Shown: positions 1-8,276, numbered from the stretch's first letter. The stretch is 64,000 bases of DNA from Candidatus Bathyarchaeota archaeon (GCA_963777155.1 CAVZPM010000001.1:64001-128000); one strand, 5' to 3'. Numbers and translations: made by a program. Notes: generated by a model not told the origin, from the sequence alone.

Positions 1-642
1 TTCTTCAGGTAAAGCAAACTTGCTCCTGTACTCCTTTAGGTCTTCATTGCCATCGTAGTTATGGGTGTTTACTCCGTTTGGAACCATAACTAACTTGTCG
101 CTTGGCAGTCCAAAAACGTATTTTACGTGTGAAATCATGTAGTTGCTGCAACAGATTACCTTCCACGCCTCGTAGGTTAACCAAGCTTCAGTCTCATGAA
201 TCATTCTTTCAGTCGTGGTGTGCAATCCGTCTCTCCTGCCCATTTCAGTGGAGTGCATTGTTGCCAGAAGGGGTTTTCTGAAGACATGCTTGAGTCCGAT
301 GCCTGCGTTTGCGACGAGCCAGTCGTGGGCATGGAAAACATCGATTTTGTCAGATATTTTCCGTGTTAAGGCGGCGGTTTCTTTTTGCATGTTCATGTTC
401 ATTAAGTAAACCCATGTTGCAAAGTCGGGGGCTGGGTTTTTGTATGAGTCAACTCGGTAGACTTCCACGCCGTCTATTACTTCATGGGCGGGTGTGCCTG
501 GGAAGTCACAAGTTATCACGTATACTTTGACGTCTTGTTTTGCTAAATGCTTGGATAAAAAGTAGATGTGGGGTGAGATGCCACCGATTACTCTTGGCGG
601 GTATTCCCAACTGAGCATCATAACGGTTAGGTCATGTTTCAT
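1..642 (-). CDS. Glycosyltransferase family 4 protein (GT-B; glycogen-synthase-like); N-terminal part only, runs off the left window edge
   Basis: Not in ORF track. Manual translation from ATG 642 gives MKHDLTVMMLSWEYPPRVIGG...HAHDWL...HSTE...VPNGV, open to position 1; paralogous to 38833..40083. Confidence 0.9.
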   Translation of the reverse strand, partial: MKHDLTVMMLSWEYPPRVIGGISPHIYFLSKHLAKQDVKVYVITCDFPGTPAHEVIDGVEVYRVDSYKNPAPDFATWVYLMNMNMQKETAALTRKISDKIDVFHAHDWLVANAGIGLKHVFRKPLLATMHSTEMGRRDGLHTTTERMIHETEAWLTYEAWKVICCSNYMISHVKYVFGLPSDKLVMVPNGVNTHNYDGNEDLKEYRSKFALPEE

Positions 643-1261
643 TCTTTTTTGCCTCCGTCACTTTGCCGTACAATTTTTGGAATTCTTTGCCTAAAGAATC
701 AGAATCCGACGAAATAACAGTTATTTTTTCTTTGGGCACATCGTATATTCTAACTATCTCATCTTTCATCCACTCGGATTTTACGCTTATCCTTGAAGCC
801 TCATAGAATCCGAGCCATTCGATGCTTTTTATCGCCATGTTGTACGAAGCGTTCGCGTTGGGGGAACGCTGGTCCTCTATGCTTTCAATCGAGAAGACAA
901 ACGGGAGATCCAGAGCGTTCTTTAGGGTAACGGCTGCCGGAATAAAGTGCCAATCAAAAACGTCTATGAGGTCAATGTGTTTGTGGGCTTCATAGTAAAT
1001 GTTCGTTGCCGCCCGTTCAACTTCCTGGTTTAAAGTTAAAACCCAGGTTAAAACACCTATATGGTTACGCACTGGATTGGCTACTCTGAAGGTTTTTACG
1101 CCGCTGGATTCGTGGGTTTGACCAGTTGCAGAGTCATCATAGGTTACAACGTTAACCTCAACTTTGCTGCTGGCAAGTTGACCCGAGAGGTCGCTAACGT
1201 AACCAGAGAGTTGACCTACCACCCTTGGCGGATACTCCCAGGAAAAAATGACGATACGCAT
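632..1261 (-). CDS. Stand-alone GT4 N-terminal (acceptor-binding) domain protein
   Basis: MRIVIFSWEYPPRVVG and DVFDWH motifs match a GT4 N-domain; no C-terminal EPFGIVALEA Rossmann domain. Confidence 0.75.
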   Translation of the reverse strand: MRIVIFSWEYPPRVVGQLSGYVSDLSGQLASSKVEVNVVTYDDSATGQTHESSGVKTFRVANPVRNHIGVLTWVLTLNQEVERAATNIYYEAHKHIDLIDVFDWHFIPAAVTLKNALDLPFVFSIESIEDQRSPNANASYNMAIKSIEWLGFYEASRISVKSEWMKDEIVRIYDVPKEKITVISSDSDSLGKEFQKLYGKVTEAKKNET

Positions 1262-1268
1262 ATTTCCA

Positions 1269-1520
1269 CTACGTAAAAAGCGAACAGACTTTAATTATGC
1301 CTCTTCCATTAAGATAATACCGTTTCTTGCCTTCGTTGTCATAGAAGCTTTCAGCAAAGCCTTCAGACTTGTATTGGTCTAGTATGCTTTCGATTTCGCT
1401 TGGGTCTTTCTGCAGAAGCCGTGCCACTTCTTCGCCTCGACGTGCTAAATCGGCGGCGGTAGCGCACAAGTTGTGCAGTGTTTGCAGAACCTTATCTGGA
1501 AACGGAAGCTCTTCTCTCAT
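1269..1520 (-). CDS. Small winged-helix-like hypothetical protein
   Basis: 83 aa; helix pattern EEVARLLQKDPSEIESILDQY and wing KRYYLNGRG; operonic with GH57 and GT4 genes. Confidence 0.6.
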   Translation of the reverse strand: MREELPFPDKVLQTLHNLCATAADLARRGEEVARLLQKDPSEIESILDQYKSEGFAESFYDNEGKKRYYLNGRGIIKVCSLFT

Positions 1521-1588
1521 GTTTGATGCACCGTGCCATCAAAGAGTACGGCGACTTATCTTATAAACGCATGTGAGATGGGTTTTTC

Positions 1589-3136
1589 TTAGAAAAGCTG
1601 GGTTGCATCCTGCACTTCCTTGCTTTCTGCTGTGTACCTTTTCTTTGTGACGTCAACCATTGCTTTTCTAAGTTTCTCGCCTTTTTCCCCTGAAGCACCG
1701 ATGGTTTTGAATTGCGATGCCAATTTTTTGTCTTTAAGTGAGCTTTGCGCCCAACTTTCAAAGTCGCCGTTGCCTACATGGAACTCTATAGCTTTAGAGT
1801 CTACTTCTGTTAGTGCTTTGATGAAGCCTTTGAGACTCCAAGCCATTGTGCCCGTGTAGCGATCTTTGCCGGCGCCTGTGTAAAACAGAAAAGGCTCATT
1901 TGCAGTTAGGAGAGCAATTCTCAATCGAGCTTCAAAATCGTTAAGCAATGTTTGTGCAGCCACGAAAGCATCCATTGGAGACTCGTATGGGCTAAAGTAG
2001 GAATGTACTTCTCCTGGACCGCCTCCTGCAGTGAACATGTAGTAGAGGTGGTCGCTTGTTTGGAAGTCACGCCACAACCTTAGAAACTCTTTGTCGTCTG
2101 CTTCTTTAATCAAAGGCTCCAACCTGCGTAGAGTAGTGTAATATGCCCACTGCATAACGTTGCCTAGCCACCCTGACTGGTCACGTTTGATATCTGCCCA
2201 CGAAACTGTGCCTTCGGCTTCTGGAACATCAATCTCTCCTGCTGAAGCATGTTTATCCACCACCTCGGATGGAGTAGCCATTTGTAAATGTTCAAACTTT
2301 AGTATCTCGTCTGGAAGGTGTTGCAGGAAGCTGTGGATTCCTGTTTCAGGCCAATGATGCTCCCCAAAAGTTTCATAGTCTGGGAAGATGCTGATGCATT
2401 CACCCTTGGTTTCTGAAAGCCACCGCGCATATTTATCGGCAGTTAGCGGCCACTCTGGCCACCATCGTGCTGAAAACCTGAACCCGATGTCATCAGTCAA
2501 CTTGTAATTCCTTAGAAGCACCCGGATTTTCTTAGTGCTTTTTGGTGTGTAGATGTAGTTTGGGGATTTTTCACCAAGAATCTTTTCCACCCCCTCAGTG
2601 TAGATGCCCTTATAACCCATGTTTTCAACGGTTTTTGCGATGGTATTGTTGTAAAGTAACTCTGTGTTTTCGAAGACTTGAGGCATGTAGCCCAGAAGGT
2701 CTTTCATGGTTTGTTTGTGCAACGCAACTTGCTCGATAAATTCCTCTTTTTCAGGGTAGAGACTGGCGATAGAGTGATAGTAGGTTTGATCAAGAAACTC
2801 CACACGCCCCGAAGCAGCTAGTTGACGAAAGCTCTCTAGCAAGTCCTTCTCGAACATTTCACATTGCTCAAGGAAAACGCCTGAAACACTAAAGGAAAAC
2901 TTGGCTTGTCTGCGGTTATGCTTGTGTCGGTCCACTACATCGAGGATAATCTGGTTTGAAGGATAGTAGCATTTGCGTGCGGCTCGCCTAAAAATTTCTG
3001 AGTCAACTTCGTTGTCAAAGTAGTAGTTGAAAAGTTCGTTTTTGGGTAGACGCCTAAACACTTTGCCTTCCCAAAACAGGTTTCTCCTCAGTCTGTGTGG
3101 CTGGTGAACTTCAAACACGAACACAACATCAGTCAT
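1589..3136 (-). CDS. GH57 alpha-amylase-like glycoside hydrolase with C-terminal DUF5752-like domain
   Basis: GH57 motifs FEVHQP, QTYYHS, NTEL (nucleophile), PDYETFGEH, TSDH; C-terminal FLFYT...SL..F...IEFHVGNGDFESW. Confidence 0.9.
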   Translation of the reverse strand: MTDVVFVFEVHQPHRLRRNLFWEGKVFRRLPKNELFNYYFDNEVDSEIFRRAARKCYYPSNQIILDVVDRHKHNRRQAKFSFSVSGVFLEQCEMFEKDLLESFRQLAASGRVEFLDQTYYHSIASLYPEKEEFIEQVALHKQTMKDLLGYMPQVFENTELLYNNTIAKTVENMGYKGIYTEGVEKILGEKSPNYIYTPKSTKKIRVLLRNYKLTDDIGFRFSARWWPEWPLTADKYARWLSETKGECISIFPDYETFGEHHWPETGIHSFLQHLPDEILKFEHLQMATPSEVVDKHASAGEIDVPEAEGTVSWADIKRDQSGWLGNVMQWAYYTTLRRLEPLIKEADDKEFLRLWRDFQTSDHLYYMFTAGGGPGEVHSYFSPYESPMDAFVAAQTLLNDFEARLRIALLTANEPFLFYTGAGKDRYTGTMAWSLKGFIKALTEVDSKAIEFHVGNGDFESWAQSSLKDKKLASQFKTIGASGEKGEKLRKAMVDVTKKRYTAESKEVQDATQLF

Positions 3137-3309
3137 GACTCATAAGCCTCTAACAATCATATCAGACCTTACAGGTATTTCTAACTTATCTTTGGGATTT
3201 CTAAGATGTGTAGGCTAAAGAAAAAAAGCCAGGTTGCTCAGCACCTAAGGTATCTTTGCAAGTCAGATTATGGAAAAATTTTATATTAAAAGCCGTTGAC
3301 TACCAAGGT

Positions 3310-4026
3310 ATGACACCCAATAAAAACAGTAGGGCACCATACAAGCGAAAATCCAACAAGACACTGTTTCTTGCAATAGGCATAATTGCTATAATTCTAA
3401 TCGGCGTCGGGGCATACATTATGTTCGGGCAATCAGCAAACCAACCAGCTAACGCGACGCCAACTCCTACGCCTACTCCAGCACCGACTTCGTCAACATC
3501 GCCTTCGGCTACACCTGCCGATCCCCATTATGTCAACCCAACAAAAGTTCGGCTTCAAACCTCCGTCGGAAACATAACCCTTGAGTTGCGAAGCGATAAG
3601 CCCATCACAACTGCTAACTTCATAAACCTCGTACAACAAGGAAAGTACGATGGAACAGTTTTCCACAGAGTAATTGCAGGCTTCATGATACAGGGCGGCT
3701 CAATCAGTGGCTCCACCCCCACTATAGCTGACGAAATTGGGAGCAACAATCGTAATGTTGCGTACACAATAGCTATGGCGAAAACCAGCGACCCCAATTC
3801 AGCAACAAGCCAATTCTTCATAAACGTTGCCGATAACGGAAACAACCCCATAGACCAGGCAGGAACCAAATTCGACGCAGTTTACGCAGTCTTTGGAAAA
3901 GTAGTCGAGGGTCAAAGTGTCGTTGATGCAATAGCTAACGCCCAAGTTACCGCAAATCCATACACACATGAAAACAGTTCACCTGTTAACCCTGTCACAC
4001 TAACAAAAGCTACAATATTACCTTAA
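3310..4026 (+). CDS. Cyclophilin-type peptidyl-prolyl isomerase with N-terminal membrane anchor and Pro/Thr linker
   Basis: FHRVIAGFMIQGG, AMAK...SATSQFFIN, YAVFGKV; hydrophobic LFLAIGIIAIILIGVGAYIMF then PTPTPTP; start placed at ATG 3310. Confidence 0.9.
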   Translation: MTPNKNSRAPYKRKSNKTLFLAIGIIAIILIGVGAYIMFGQSANQPANATPTPTPTPAPTSSTSPSATPADPHYVNPTKVRLQTSVGNITLELRSDKPITTANFINLVQQGKYDGTVFHRVIAGFMIQGGSISGSTPTIADEIGSNNRNVAYTIAMAKTSDPNSATSQFFINVADNGNNPIDQAGTKFDAVYAVFGKVVEGQSVVDAIANAQVTANPYTHENSSPVNPVTLTKATILP

Positions 4027-4163
4027 ATAGATCCAAAATATCATCCTTCAACTTTTCTTTTTTATTTAATTTAATAAATCTGTGGCATTAAGCACAATCA
4101 AGACAGCCTATCTTTTGCAATAGGCATAATAGCTATAATTCAAATTGATCTCTTTGATAAATT

Positions 4164-4649
4164 ATGTCAGGACAAACATCAAATCAACCTGAAACTAAAA
4201 TTCTACTTCACACAAGCATGGGCGATATAACAATCGCTTTGCGCAACGATATGCCGATAACCACAGGAAACTTCAAGAACCTTGTACAAAAGGGGACTTA
4301 CAACGGTACAATTTTTCACCGTGTCATCCCAGGTTTCATGATTCAAGGCGGGGACCCAACAGGCACCGGTTATGGCGACCCATCAATACCTGAAATCCGA
4401 GATGAATTTACAAAAACCAACCGCAACGACAGAGGCACAATATCAATGGCAAACGCGGGTCCAAACACAGGAAGCAGCCAATTCTTCATCAACCAAGTAA
4501 ACAACAACTTTTTAGATGGCAAGCACCCTGCCTTTGGCAAAGTCATCGCTGGAATGGATGTCGTCGATAAGATCGTTAAAGTGCCAACCAACCGGAACGA
4601 TAAACCTTTAACCAATGTCACAATTGTTAGCGCGACAATCTTGCTTTAA
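4164..4649 (+). CDS. Cyclophilin-type peptidyl-prolyl isomerase (cytoplasmic)
   Basis: FHRVIPGFMIQGGDPTGTG, SMANAGPNTGSSQFFIN, LDGKHPAFGKV. Confidence 0.95.
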   Translation: MSGQTSNQPETKILLHTSMGDITIALRNDMPITTGNFKNLVQKGTYNGTIFHRVIPGFMIQGGDPTGTGYGDPSIPEIRDEFTKTNRNDRGTISMANAGPNTGSSQFFINQVNNNFLDGKHPAFGKVIAGMDVVDKIVKVPTNRNDKPLTNVTIVSATILL

Positions 4650-4675
4650 ACAAAAAATAAAAAGTTAAAAATTAA

Positions 4676-4879
4676 CTATTTTTTCTTTTCTTCTTCAGGT
4701 TTAGGCTTAGAACCGATTTCTACAGCTTGGATGCTTATTTGGTATTTCTTGCCGCCTGCAACCATCTTTCCCGTTCCGTAGTAGCCTCTGCTGCCTGTTT
4801 TGAAGTTTTTTTTGTCGAGGATGAAGTTTTGTTTTTCGCCACATAGCTGGATAGTTGACATGTTTACATCGTTACTCAT
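4676..4879 (-). CDS. Small basic hypothetical protein
   Basis: AGGTGAG RBS upstream of ATG 4879; KKNFKTGSRGYYGTGK...KKYQISIQAVEIGSKP. Confidence 0.65.
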   Translation of the reverse strand: MSNDVNMSTIQLCGEKQNFILDKKNFKTGSRGYYGTGKMVAGGKKYQISIQAVEIGSKPKPEEEKKK

Positions 4880-5052
4880 TTTAGGTCTCACCTATCTTTA
4901 CTTCTTATCATTGTTCTGTTGCTTTTCACCTTTTCGCTTTGAGTTCTGGACATTTTGTTTTTAGGTTACTTTTTTATTTTCATTAAATCCAAATCTACCA
5001 ATGGCACTGGACTATTTTTTGTAAAGCGTCTTTCAGCAAAGTTTTTAAGTGT

Positions 5053-5078
5053 TATATTAACTCTTATGAGTTAATATA
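5053..5078. promoter_or_regulatory. Perfect 11-4-11 inverted repeat, probable operator over the transcription start of the 5089/5465 operon
   Basis: TATATTAACTC-TTAT-GAGTTAATATA immediately after TATA-like TTTTTAAG (5042-5049). Confidence 0.6.
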
Positions 5079-5088
5079 GTGAATCCGT

Positions 5089-5448
5089 ATGCCAAAACTC
5101 CCAAAAAATGAAAAAATCATCGGTTACGCCCTACTGATCTTAGGTGTCATTTTGTTGCTTTTTTCAATCGTTGAAATGGTGACAGTCTATTACGGTTATG
5201 CTCCTCCACCAAAACTCTTCAACCTCCAAGACATTTCCCTGCCCGGAGATAACGGATCGAACATATCGTTAATTCAAGGCGCCCAAGCAAGCCAATTGCC
5301 TAACCTTTTCTTCTGGTTTTTACTTATGGGGTTTGTCCTGCTTGCAGGAGGAAAAATCGCGTCATTGGGTATTAGCATGATTAAAGATATTAAAGTTGAA
5401 ATAAGCGAGCCAATGACAACGCCTGCCAATGTACAAAGCGCCAAATAA
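5089..5448 (+). CDS. Two-TM membrane hypothetical protein (paralog of next gene)
   Basis: Two hydrophobic segments; EKIIGYALL...GGKIASLGISM. Confidence 0.75.
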   Translation: MPKLPKNEKIIGYALLILGVILLLFSIVEMVTVYYGYAPPPKLFNLQDISLPGDNGSNISLIQGAQASQLPNLFFWFLLMGFVLLAGGKIASLGISMIKDIKVEISEPMTTPANVQSAK

Positions 5449-5464
5449 ACAAACGTGACTGCCC

Positions 5465-5911
5465 ATGGATTCTTCAGCAACCGAATACATCAAAATTCTT
5501 CTAGATGTTTTGGTAGCTGCCATAATAACTGTGGTCTTATTCTTTATTGTTCGACGATCAAGAAAGGAACAAACATTCGTCGGATACACAGCGCGATCAG
5601 TTGAGGAAAAGTACATAGGATATGTTTTGCTTGTAACAGGGATAGTTGTAATAGTTGTTTCAATCTTCGAGCTAATTGTTCTCTTAGAAGGCAATTACTA
5701 CTCGCCTATACCGTTTGGCTTGACTGATCTCCAAATGACCACAGGCAACCAAACTACAGCTGTTGCTTCAGGACAGCTTTTAGGGCTAGGCTTCGGCATA
5801 TCCTTTTGGCTGTTAATCTTCGGTGCTGGCGGAAGAAAGCTGGTATCCATTGGATTGGATATGCTGAGGGGCAGAGCAATAAAGATTCGGAGAACCGTCA
5901 AAACCCGATAA
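5465..5911 (+). CDS. Three-TM membrane hypothetical protein (paralog of previous gene)
   Basis: EKYIGYVLL...GRKLVSIGLDM aligns with the 5089 product. Confidence 0.75.
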   Translation: MDSSATEYIKILLDVLVAAIITVVLFFIVRRSRKEQTFVGYTARSVEEKYIGYVLLVTGIVVIVVSIFELIVLLEGNYYSPIPFGLTDLQMTTGNQTTAVASGQLLGLGFGISFWLLIFGAGGRKLVSIGLDMLRGRAIKIRRTVKTR

Positions 5912-6308
5912 TTGAAAAGAGAAAATGGTGCGGTCGCCGGGATTTGAACCCGGGATCATTAGCTTGGAAGGCTAAAGTCCTAAACCAGACTAGACGACAA
6001 CCGCTCATGTTTTGCTGTTTAAGGCTGTTTTTGGGCTTATTTAGGTCATGGGCTTCTTTGTTTTGGCTTTGACCTATTTGACCACTTGTTGCCTTTTCAG
6101 TTGTCAGAGAAATGCCTTGTGTTTTTAATAAAGTTTTCAGAGATTCCATGCTTTGAGGATGATATTCAAACTGGGGTTTGCCCTTTAGTTGTCCTGTGTA
6201 GTGTCTTGCTCTGCCATAAGCTAGTTGTCCATTGTTTCTGATGAATAGTTGTATCAGAGAAACTTTGCCACAAACTCCACATTCAGATTTCACACACTTA
6301 AACTTCAT
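5898..6308 (-). pseudogene. Putative N-terminal fragment of a tRNA-split (SSV-type) tyrosine integrase; catalytic part absent
   Basis: CxxCG...RARHY N-terminus; ORF stays open through the entire tRNA-Gly in the same sense (...GFKSRRPHH) and stops just after it; sits at the edge of an AT-rich island. Family assignment is inference. Confidence 0.5.
5926..6004 (-). tRNA. tRNA-Gly(TCC), CCA encoded, no intron
   Basis: Reverse complement GCGGTTG...TTAGC-CTTCCAA-GCTAA...CCGGG-TTCAAAT-CCCGG-CGACCGC-A-CCA folds as a cloverleaf. Confidence 0.97.
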
Positions 6309-6341
6309 ACAGATACTCCCCTTAGACTTGGAGCTGGAGTG

Positions 6342-6384
6342 CCATAGAGCTATTTTAAGACCATTAAGAACTAGTTTTGGAGCG
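6342..6384 (+). repeat. Cassette-array repeat, right-half-only copy (6360-6384) preceded by a degenerate direct repeat (6342-6356); attI-like position
   Basis: ACCATTAAGAACTAGTTTTGGAGCG matches the right half of the 7862 and 7446 copies; CCATAGAGCTATTTT lies just upstream. Confidence 0.65.
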
Positions 6385-6823
6385 TAGGCTGTGTGAGTGA
6401 TTGTTGCTTTTTGTTCCTTAACTCAACTAGCAGTTGAGCAGTCAAAGAAGGAAAAAAATACAGAATAAAGCTACTAGTTATGAAACTTACATAAACTGAT
6501 GCTGGGAATAATGGAGACCCCGTCCAAAACAGGAAAACTGAAACAAAACCACCTATTGTTATTCCTAAAAGTATCGCTAAGGTTGTTGATTTGCTAGCCA
6601 CTAAGTTTGTTGTGTTTGCTAAGAGGTAGAAGACGCCAAAGAAAATTCCCATCACTAAAAGGGTAACAGTTATTGTTGAAAGATTGGTAAATGTGAGCAA
6701 GAAAAATGAAAGTGCAGAGGTTGTGCTTACTATTAGTTTTAAAACTGTGCATGCAATTGTTAATCCAAAAGCAACAAGGAACGTTATTAGGGCTTTTTTC
6801 ACTTGCTTTGCCTCAAATGGCAA
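6371..6823 (-). CDS. Multi-TM hypothetical membrane protein (cassette 1, inverted)
   Basis: About four hydrophobic helices; TAG stop lies inside the repeat (CTAG 6371-6374); start moved to TTG 6823 behind BRE/TATA GAAACCTTTTAT. Confidence 0.65.
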   Translation of the reverse strand: MPFEAKQVKKALITFLVAFGLTIACTVLKLIVSTTSALSFFLLTFTNLSTITVTLLVMGIFFGVFYLLANTTNLVASKSTTLAILLGITIGGFVSVFLFWTGSPLFPASVYVSFITSSFILYFFPSLTAQLLVELRNKKQQSLTQPTLQN

Positions 6824-6884
6824 TACATTTGTCTGTGGATAAAAGGTTTCACTTACTCTAATTTTGGAGTGTAACATCAGGTAT

Positions 6885-6944
6885 GCTCTAAATCTGCTAA
6901 TCAGATTAGACAGCATCCAATCTTTAAGACCTATTCTTTAGAGC
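6885..6944 (+). repeat. Cassette-array repeat, full copy A
   Basis: GCTCTAAATCTGCTAATCAGATTAGACAGCATCCAATCTTTAAGACCTATTCTTTAGAGC; ends GCTCTAAA/TTTAGAGC are complementary. Confidence 0.8.
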
Positions 6945-6999
6945 TAAAATCATCAATGTAAACAAACCTTAAATCATAAAAGAATGCAAAGGAGCTTCT

Positions 7000-7425
7000 A
7001 TGCGGTTAGATAGAAAATCCCTGTTTGCATTGGCAGTTGTTGTAATGTCTCTTATTTTTATAGTTACTATACTCTATTTTGCAATAGGCACAAAGGGCAA
7101 TCTTGTCAGCACTCATTCTCCTTATACTGGAGAGAGCAGTTATGGTCATGGCTGGAACTCAACTATTAAACTATACCTTGAAAATGTTGGAGGTGGACCA
7201 GCAACAATCTGTGACTTTGTGATTAATGGCAAGTCCTATAGCAGTTATGTTCCTGTTCCTTCAGTTAATCCATCTATAGAGAATGGGTACACCTTGTCTC
7301 TTTTTCAAAGTATTACCTTTACAATTAAACTCATTAACCAACCATCTGCGTTGTACCAAGGTGGAAATGAATTATATGTTTTAACAACAGATGGTCAGAG
7401 TCTAAGAATATACCTTGGCAGTTAA
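7000..7425 (+). CDS. Membrane-anchored, pilin/archaellin-like beta-rich surface protein (cassette 2)
   Basis: N-terminal TM, then IKLYLENVGGGPATI..FVING and LYVLTTDG, a pattern seen in archaeal pilin-like Ig folds. Confidence 0.6.
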   Translation: MRLDRKSLFALAVVVMSLIFIVTILYFAIGTKGNLVSTHSPYTGESSYGHGWNSTIKLYLENVGGGPATICDFVINGKSYSSYVPVPSVNPSIENGYTLSLFQSITFTIKLINQPSALYQGGNELYVLTTDGQSLRIYLGS

Positions 7426-7445
7426 GTACTGATGATTCAAACCTA

Positions 7446-7501
7446 CTTCTAAATCCGCTAGTCAGCAATGACGCTTCCAACCATAAAAAATAGTTTGGAG
7501 T
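7446..7501 (+). repeat. Cassette-array repeat, full copy B
   Basis: CTTCTAAATCCGCTAGTCAGCAATGACGCTTCCAACCATAAAAAATAGTTTGGAGT. Confidence 0.7.
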
Positions 7502-7546
7502 GATTGAGTGTAAAATTATTTATACCTCTTGCAATAAGTGGGGGTC

Positions 7547-7825
7547 ATGATTAAAGAAGCGTGTATAATTGTTTTAGCTTCATGCTGTATCTTTTCAGTT
7601 ATTCCCCTAGTTTCAGTATTCTTTAATGCTTTGAGTTTATTCTTACCTGTCAGTTTCCTTTTACTTGTTCTATCTTACGCTGTCTATGATGCTAAAAAAT
7701 TGATTGATAATAGAGAATACAATTTGTTGAAGGGGTTTATTCTGTTCCTAGTTATTGCTATTGTGCTATCTATGATTGCAGTCTATTTTATTCTGCCTTA
7801 TACTCTTCCTAAATTTGTACTTTAA
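7547..7825 (+). CDS. Three-TM hypothetical membrane protein (cassette 3)
   Basis: Highly hydrophobic ORF; own TATA (TTATTTATA ~7516-7524). Confidence 0.65.
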   Translation: MIKEACIIVLASCCIFSVIPLVSVFFNALSLFLPVSFLLLVLSYAVYDAKKLIDNREYNLLKGFILFLVIAIVLSMIAVYFILPYTLPKFVL

Positions 7826-7861
7826 GTTATAAAGCATAACTAATTCATTTTTACATTTTAC

Positions 7862-7922
7862 ACTCTAAATATGCTAATCAGCTTTGATAGCCTACAATCA
7901 TTAAGAGCTAGTTTTGAAGAGC
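7862..7922 (+). repeat. Cassette-array repeat, full copy C
   Basis: ACTCTAAATATGCTAATCAGCTTTGATAGCCTACAATCATTAAGAGCTAGTTTTGAAGAGC; 43/53 ungapped identity to copy A by hand count. Confidence 0.8.
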
Positions 7923-7973
7923 ATATGTAAAAATAGCAAATCTATTATACTTCAAATAGTTGAAATGAGGAAT

Positions 7974-8276
7974 ATGCACAAATTAGGTAAGATTGCAGTA
8001 GTGACTAACATTCTTCTTGCTTTATTATTTGTTTATTCCAATTTTTCACTTTGGAGTTTAGTGAATGCTGAGTATCCTTATCTAATTGCTAGTCATTGGA
8101 GTCCATTAGGAATTAGTGCTCCACACTATGTAATAACTGATGGGAGTTTTGCAATGGTCCAAACTGTCTTTTTGTATTTTAATTTCCCATTCTGGCTATT
8201 CTTTATTTCAATTGCTGTGAACTTATACTTTATACTAAAACTGAGTAAAGAAGCTAAAAGAGATAATATACGCTAA
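7974..8276 (+). CDS. Two-TM hypothetical membrane protein (cassette 4)
   Basis: GAGG RBS before ATG 7974; W-S-P-L and NFPFWLFFISIAVNLYFI segments; TAA stop falls inside repeat copy D. Confidence 0.65.
   Translation: MHKLGKIAVVTNILLALLFVYSNFSLWSLVNAEYPYLIASHWSPLGISAPHYVITDGSFAMVQTVFLYFNFPFWLFFISIAVNLYFILKLSKEAKRDNIR

Noticed and set aside
6855-6870. ACTCTAATTTTGGAGT, resembling the fused ends of the cassette repeat
   Set aside because: Too short to distinguish from chance in AT-rich DNA.
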